Assembly: GCA_021323375.2 (NCBI GenBank)
Contig: JAJPCT020000018.1
Span: forward strand, 63,556 to 127,555
DNA from: Candidatus Wolframiiraptor gerlachensis
Lineage (GTDB): Archaea > Thermoproteota > Nitrososphaeria_A > Caldarchaeales > Wolframiiraptoraceae
Direction of reading: 5' to 3'
Length of the DNA: 64,000 nt
Both the position numbers and the translations under genes were made by a program. Shown here in pieces: positions 58,653 through 64,000 of the stretch (positions within the stretch are counted from its first letter, which is position 1; each line of letters begins with the position of its first letter). The notes beneath the pieces are model-generated. The model did not search any database and was not told where the DNA came from. It saw only the letters and a list, made by a program, of their open reading frames with translations.

Positions 58653-60362
58653 ATGAGGCTGAGTGGCGCTAAGGCTTTAGTCAAGTCGCTGGAGGATGAG
58701 GGGGTTGAGGTGATATTCGGGATTCCGGGAGGCGCGATCCTCCCGGTTTACGACGCCCTTCATGACTCCAGTATAAGGCATATCTTGGTGAGGCATGAGC
58801 AGTGCGCGGCACATGCTGCTGATGGCTATGCTAGGGCTAGTGGCAGGGTTGGGGTATGCATGGCCACATCCGGGCCGGGCGCAACAAACCTCGTAACCGG
58901 GATAGCGACAGCCTACATGGACTCATCACCCATAGTCGCGATAACGGGGCAGGTCGCGAGGCACATGATCGGTAGGGACGCCTTCCAAGAGGCTGACATA
59001 ATCGGGATAACGACGCCGATCACGAAATACTCCTTCCAGATCCAGAGCGCTGAGGAGGTTCCAAGAGTGGTGAAGGAGGCATTCTACCTGGCCACTGAGG
59101 GAAGGCCGGCGCCCGTGCTGATAGACTTCCCGGTTGACGTGCAGAGGGAGGAGGCTGAGATGGATTTCGATGCGAAGATCTCACCACACTTAAACAAGGT
59201 GGTTAAGGAGCCTCACCCCCTCCAAGTTAAGCGGGCTGCCGAGATCCTTCTAAATGCCGAGAGGCCCGTGATACTCGCTGGAGGCGGAGTCATACTCTCG
59301 AATGCCTCGGAGGAGCTTAGGGCGCTGGCAGAGCTCCTCATGATCCCCGTGACGGTCACATTGATGGGTAAGGGGGCATTTCCGGAGAACCACCCACTAT
59401 ACATAGGCAGGATAGGCATGCATGGCTCAGCGGCCGCGAACAAGCTGATAATGGAGGCGGATGTAATACTCGCGGTCGGGACGAGGTTCAGCGACCGGTC
59501 AACAGGCAGATTTGACGCGTTCGCGAGGGATGCCACGTTAATCCACGTGGACATAGATGCCGCTGAGATCGGGAAGAACATTAAGCCGGAAATACCGATA
59601 GTCGCTGACGCGAAGCACGCGCTCAAGGCCATCTACGAGGCCGCGAAGGAGCTTGCAAGGAAGAGGGATTCCTCGACATGGCTTCAGAAGGTGAAGGAGG
59701 TTAAGGAGAGCCTTGAGAAAACTGGACAGAACTCGGCGGACGAGCTATCGCCCAAGAATCTGATAAGGGAGATTAGGAGGCTACTACCCACTGATGGAAT
59801 CGTGACGACCGGGGTTGGTAGAAACCAGATGTGGGCATCGCTCTACCTCGAGGTATATCATCCAAGGACTTTCATAACATCCGGCGGCCTAGGGACGATG
59901 GGCTTCGGCCTTCCAGCCGCTCTGGGGGCTAAGGTCGCCAAGCCAAACTCGATAGTCGTGGATATTGATGGTGATGGAAGCTTCCTCATGACTGAGAGGG
60001 AGCTTGCAACCTCAATCGCTGAGAACATTCCAATAATCGCCGTGATACTCAATGATGGCTGGCTCGGCATGGTGAAGTACTGGCAAGACCTATTCTATGG
60101 GAGAAGGTATTGCGCGACCTGCCTGAAGCGCGGCATACCGGACTTTGTCAAGCTGGCGGAGGCATATGGTGCTAACGCGGCTAGGCCCCAGTCCCTAGAG
60201 GAGTTCTCGAAGGCATTCAAGGAGGCGATGAGCAGCGATAGGACGACGGTAATAGATGTCTGGATAAACCCGGATGAGCCCGTCCTACCGTTCGCGCCGC
60301 CGGGGAGGTCGCTGGCAGAGATGATAATTGATTTAAGGGAGGTGAGGAGGGGTGGAAGCTAG
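58653..60362 (+). CDS. ilvB: Acetolactate synthase large subunit
   Basis: GIPGGAIL, RHEQ, TSGPGATN, FQE, GLGTMGFG, GDGSF..N and GMV..WQ motifs. Confidence 0.96.
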   Translation: MRLSGAKALVKSLEDEGVEVIFGIPGGAILPVYDALHDSSIRHILVRHEQCAAHAADGYARASGRVGVCMATSGPGATNLVTGIATAYMDSSPIVAITGQVARHMIGRDAFQEADIIGITTPITKYSFQIQSAEEVPRVVKEAFYLATEGRPAPVLIDFPVDVQREEAEMDFDAKISPHLNKVVKEPHPLQVKRAAEILLNAERPVILAGGGVILSNASEELRALAELLMIPVTVTLMGKGAFPENHPLYIGRIGMHGSAAANKLIMEADVILAVGTRFSDRSTGRFDAFARDATLIHVDIDAAEIGKNIKPEIPIVADAKHALKAIYEAAKELARKRDSSTWLQKVKEVKESLEKTGQNSADELSPKNLIREIRRLLPTDGIVTTGVGRNQMWASLYLEVYHPRTFITSGGLGTMGFGLPAALGAKVAKPNSIVVDIDGDGSFLMTERELATSIAENIPIIAVILNDGWLGMVKYWQDLFYGRRYCATCLKRGIPDFVKLAEAYGANAARPQSLEEFSKAFKEAMSSDRTTVIDVWINPDEPVLPFAPPGRSLAEMIIDLREVRRGGS

Positions 60363-60861
60363 GCGCGTGAAAAAGCCCCTCCACGTCATCTCATTCATAG
60401 TTGAGAATAAGCCGGGAGTCCTCTTTAGAGTGGCCTGGCTCATAAGGAGGAGGAACTTCAACATAGAGAGTATCTCCGTGGGTCCGACCGAGAACGCGAA
60501 CATTTCACGGATGACGATAACTCTCTATGGGGACGAGCCGACGGTCGAGCAGGTGGTAAAGCAGCTTAGAAAGCTCGTGGACGTCCTTAAGGTTTCGAGG
60601 CTCGACCCGGATAATACCGTGATAAGGGAGATGGCCCTCGTGAAGGTCCATGTCCCGGACCCAGCGGCCAGAGCAGACCTAGACTACTATGTCAGGGCAT
60701 TCAGGGGGAGGATCGTGGACCTCTCACCGGATGCCGCGATAGTCGAGGTGACCGGAACCCCGCAGAAGATCGACGCCTTCATAGAGCTAATGAGGAGTTT
60801 TGGGATAAAGGAGCTCGCGAGGACTGGGGCGACAGCGCTGCCGAGAAGCCCGAAGGAGTAG
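60352..60861 (+). CDS. ilvN: Acetolactate synthase small regulatory subunit
   Basis: ACT domain VENKPGVLFRV..RRNFNIESI, plus ELARTG. Confidence 0.95.
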   Translation: MEARRVKKPLHVISFIVENKPGVLFRVAWLIRRRNFNIESISVGPTENANISRMTITLYGDEPTVEQVVKQLRKLVDVLKVSRLDPDNTVIREMALVKVHVPDPAARADLDYYVRAFRGRIVDLSPDAAIVEVTGTPQKIDAFIELMRSFGIKELARTGATALPRSPKE

Positions 60862-60902
60862 GCGCGCAAGGTTTTTCCGAAGCCAGATACAAGCTTAACC
60901 TC

Positions 60903-60960
60903 GAGTATGATGAGAGCTGCAGTATCTGATGCGATGATGATCTCAGCTCACCCTGATAAT
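60903..60960 (+). ncRNA. C/D-box guide sRNA
   Basis: ATGATGA(60907)-GAGCTGCAGTAT-CTGA-TGCG-ATGATGA-TCTCAGCTCACC-CTGA(60956): perfect boxes and 12-nt guides. Confidence 0.9.
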
Positions 60961-60968
60961 ATCATGGG

Positions 60969-62048
60969 CTATGGCATGATCTCCACAGTGTTATTGTATT
61001 TTGGATAGAGCAGGTCATCCATCCTCAGCCCACTTATCTTTGCGGCCTCCTCTATCCTCTCGAGATTCTTCTTAACGAGCTCTATTATGTGGCGCGAGCA
61101 GGCACAGATAGCCTCAACACCCTCATCCCCCCAAAGCCTCTCCCAATGAGTGTAGAGGCATCTTGAACCGCATATCGGGAGCAGCTCGCATGATCTGCAT
61201 GGCTCGCCTACATTATTCCGCCGGCCCTCAAGCTCACGCCTAGAAATAGTGCCGAGCAAGCCCACCCACGCCCAATCCTCCTCAACAGCGATCGGGCATG
61301 AGATTACCCTACCATCAGTAAGCACCGTGAATGAGTCCTCGCCCGACCCGCATGGAGGAATCGGCCCGCCTTCAAGAATCCTCTTCAGTATCCCTTGGAA
61401 TGGCGCTATCCCGATTATCCTCCCGCGTCTTAGCTCCGAGACCCAGAGCTCCATAAGCCTCTCAAGACCCGGCTTGTATGATGACTCGATCCAGCCCCAT
61501 AAGCCTCCCCAAAGCCTCCTATCAAGCCAGATCATGCTGAGCTGCCAGTGGACGTGGTCGAAGGGGCCGAGCCCGAGAAGATGGGCAACATCGCGGTAAA
61601 TATCAGACTCGAATGTGACCGCCATCCTAGCAATAATGTCTCCCGTGAAGCCCATCCCCCTCAGCCGCCTAACGCCGCCAACGACCCTATCATAGACCCC
61701 ACGTCCTCTCCAGCGATCTGTTATCCGCCGATCACCATCCAGAGAGACAAGTATTGCGTCAAGCCTCTCAAGCAACCATCGTGGAATTCTATCGAGAAGG
61801 AGGCCATTCGTCTGGATAATATGACGACAATCACCAAACCTCCCCACAACATTCTCGATAAACCTGATATTCAGGAGGGGCTCACCCCCATAATATGCTA
61901 TAACATCACCGCCTCTCACAAGATCCTCGAGAAGACTCAGATCATACTTGACGCGCCATGGAACCTTCACGGGATCAAAGCTCCCACCACAATACCTGCA
62001 TCTGAGATTACATCTCCCAGTCGTATAGAGGATGAATGTTATCCTCAT
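60969..62048 (-). CDS. Radical SAM/SPASM protein (TIGR04084-like)
   Basis: CNLRCRYC, YGGEPLL, QTNG, SPASM Cys motifs and a C-terminal NNTVEIMP. Confidence 0.85.
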   Translation of the reverse strand: MRITFILYTTGRCNLRCRYCGGSFDPVKVPWRVKYDLSLLEDLVRGGDVIAYYGGEPLLNIRFIENVVGRFGDCRHIIQTNGLLLDRIPRWLLERLDAILVSLDGDRRITDRWRGRGVYDRVVGGVRRLRGMGFTGDIIARMAVTFESDIYRDVAHLLGLGPFDHVHWQLSMIWLDRRLWGGLWGWIESSYKPGLERLMELWVSELRRGRIIGIAPFQGILKRILEGGPIPPCGSGEDSFTVLTDGRVISCPIAVEEDWAWVGLLGTISRRELEGRRNNVGEPCRSCELLPICGSRCLYTHWERLWGDEGVEAICACSRHIIELVKKNLERIEEAAKISGLRMDDLLYPKYNNTVEIMP

Positions 62049-62063
62049 CCCCGGCCCCTCGGC

Positions 62064-63437
62064 CTAGAGGAATATCTTATCGGGGTTCAATATGTTATTC
62101 GGGTCGAAGATCCTCTTTATCGCCCTCATGAGCTCGAGGACCTTAGGATCGGCATATCTCTGCAGATCCCTTCTCTTAACATATCCTATGCCATGCTCTC
62201 CCGTGATCACTCCACCAAACTCGACAACCTTATCATAAACCTCCTCCTTAATCCTCTCATAATCCTCCGGCCTCCAGCCCTCCCTAACATTAATCCAGAT
62301 GTGGAGGTTTCCATCGCCCGCATGGCCTATCGCCGGAAGCTCGACATCATGTCTCCCTGCGATCTTATCAAGCTCATCGAGGAATCCAGCCATGGATGCA
62401 GGCGGCAGGCTAACGTCAAGAGTATCATACATGCTCCTCTTCAAGACGGGATAGAGCTCGCTCCTAATCCTCAGTATGAGATCCTGCTCCCTCCTGCTCT
62501 CCGCAAGCATGGGCTCACGCGACCCAGCCCTCTCACATAAACCAAGAAGAATCTCGCATGCTTTCAGGAGGGCCTCCTCCGACTGCTCGGCCAAGATTAT
62601 CATGAGCTGGTACTCGCCGCCATCACATGGCCACCTCTCACCGATCTCGGCGGCGGCGAGATCCATGACCGATTTCTCAAAATACTCTATCGCGAGGGGT
62701 AGGATACCGGCCTGAAAGATCCTCGGAACGAGCTCGAACGCCCTCCTCCTCTCATCAAACGGGATTATTATCGTGGCCGAGGCGGCGGGCCTCGGGGCAA
62801 GCCTTATCCAAGCCTTAGTAATTATCCCAAGAGTCCCCTCGCTCCCAATAATCAGCTGCATCAAGTCATAGCCGGTATTATTCTTCATTATCTTGCTCCC
62901 AAGCGTGATGATCTCCCCAGTCGGCAGAACGACCTCGAGCCCCCTAACATAATTCCTCATGACGCCGGTCTTGACGGCCCTAACACCTCCAGCATTACAG
63001 GCAATGAGGCCGCCGATCTGAGCGCTCTCATCACCAGGATGGGGCGGGAAGAATAACCCAGCGGACTCCGCGGCCCTTATCAGGTCTCCAAGCGTCGCCC
63101 CAGCCTCAGCCTCGGCGAAGAGATTATCCCGGTCAATGCTAATCCTATTCATCCGCTCAAGAGAGACGACTATACCGCTCCTAGTCGGGATGCATCCACC
63201 AACAAGCCCAGTCCCACCACCCCTAGGAAACACGGGAACCCTAAACTCGTTAGCAAGCAAGATTATCTTGGAAACCTCCAAGGCGCTTCCCGGCTTAACC
63301 ACAACAACATCCCCGGAAGCCATGGGCCTAACGGGAACAGGAGTCTCATCATACAAGTAGCTGGAAACACCCTCGCCAACAAGAACCCAATCCCCGCCAA
63401 CAACCTCGACAAGCCCCCTCACCAAAGCCGCATCCAA
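62064..63437 (-). CDS. FAD-linked oxidase (GlcD / D-lactate dehydrogenase family)
   Basis: PRGGGTGLVGG, NAGG, KNNTGYDL, GSEGTLG, HAGDGNLH, GEHGIG and DPNNILNP motifs. Probable TTG start at 63437. Confidence 0.92.
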   Translation of the reverse strand: MDAALVRGLVEVVGGDWVLVGEGVSSYLYDETPVPVRPMASGDVVVVKPGSALEVSKIILLANEFRVPVFPRGGGTGLVGGCIPTRSGIVVSLERMNRISIDRDNLFAEAEAGATLGDLIRAAESAGLFFPPHPGDESAQIGGLIACNAGGVRAVKTGVMRNYVRGLEVVLPTGEIITLGSKIMKNNTGYDLMQLIIGSEGTLGIITKAWIRLAPRPAASATIIIPFDERRRAFELVPRIFQAGILPLAIEYFEKSVMDLAAAEIGERWPCDGGEYQLMIILAEQSEEALLKACEILLGLCERAGSREPMLAESRREQDLILRIRSELYPVLKRSMYDTLDVSLPPASMAGFLDELDKIAGRHDVELPAIGHAGDGNLHIWINVREGWRPEDYERIKEEVYDKVVEFGGVITGEHGIGYVKRRDLQRYADPKVLELMRAIKRIFDPNNILNPDKIFL

Positions 63438-63625
63438 ACACGCCCACCGCCTCCAAAAACCCCGAAAAACCCAAAATATAAAGCTCCGAAAACAAAAAGG
63501 GCATAGAAAATAAGGACTGCACGCTATAGGCATCCACAAGATCATTATTCATACCTTATTCCTCTTATCCGACGCATGGATCATATATGAAAACATTATT
63601 TTCTAGGAGTGTCGGGAGTTTTACA

Positions 63626-64000
63626 ATGAGTTGTAGAGAGGAGTTTGTCAGAATACCGAGCGCCGGCCTCGAGCTGGCTGGCGTCCTCCACCTCCCCATA
63701 GGAACCACCAAGCCAAAGCCTGTATTATTCTTGCATGGTTTCACGGGCAATAAGATCGAGGCGGGAAGAATGTACACTGATATGGCCAGGGTTCTCTGCG
63801 CCGCAGGCTACACGGCTCTACGATTCGATTTCCGCTGCCACGGCGACTCCCCACTACCTTTCGAGGAATATCGCATATCATATGCCATTGAAGATGCCCA
63901 AAACGCGGCCAACTTCCTGAAGAGCCTCACATATATCGATAACTCACGTTTCGCGATCATCGGGCTGAGCATGGGGGGCGGGGTGGCAGTAAACTTGGCC
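63626..64000 (+). CDS. Alpha/beta hydrolase, 3'-truncated by window edge
   Basis: Not in ORF track. MSCREEFVRIPS..LHGFTGNK..RFDFRCHGDS..GLSMGG (nucleophile elbow). Confidence 0.88.
   Translation, partial: MSCREEFVRIPSAGLELAGVLHLPIGTTKPKPVLFLHGFTGNKIEAGRMYTDMARVLCAAGYTALRFDFRCHGDSPLPFEEYRISYAIEDAQNAANFLKSLTYIDNSRFAIIGLSMGGGVAVNLA

Noticed and set aside
41555-62540. Other long antisense ORFs (41555-42460, 53799-54605, 57154-57933, 61548-62540)
   Set aside because: All overlap well-supported genes on the opposite strand and have shadow-type composition.
1-64000. CRISPR arrays, transposases, integrases, rRNA
   Set aside because: None seen by eye: no regularly spaced repeats and no recombinase or transposase motifs in any ORF.

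Overview
Archaeal chromosome segment, probably from a thermophilic TACK-type archaeon (inferred from thermosome, Rpo6, aIF-2beta, Dph5, proteasome beta, an intron-containing tRNA and C/D-box sRNAs). Positions 1-11.8 kb form a hydrogenase locus. It has sulfhydrogenase-type beta/gamma genes and an AbrB-PhoU regulator on the minus strand, diverging from a five-gene operon: HydC/NuoE, HydB/NuoF, chimera 1, a group-3 [NiFe] large subunit and chimera 2. HypD, HypE and a maturation protease follow. The two chimeras are reciprocal domain swaps between an [FeFe]-hydrogenase HydA and a [NiFe] small subunit, with a degenerate H-cluster domain; this is the most striking system in the window. Positions 11.9-21.5 kb hold an Opp/Dpp ABC transporter, an MFS and small genes with several lesions (two in-frame stops in oppA, an ACG start in the MFS, a ybjQ pseudogene). 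Next come a divergent DUF72 pair, a small SixA-containing insert bounded by a degenerate repeat beside tRNA-Ser(TGA), and mostly housekeeping genes (ahcY, thermosome, rpoK, ino1, acs, mdh, class II hmgA, dph5, ribL/ribK, psmB, rtcA, nadM, pth2, truD, ilvD/B/N). Features absent from the ORF track include two C/D-box sRNAs (one predicted to target tRNA-Lys U34), a 47-aa RHH gene and two partial edge genes. All calls come from motif recognition by eye; no searches were run.
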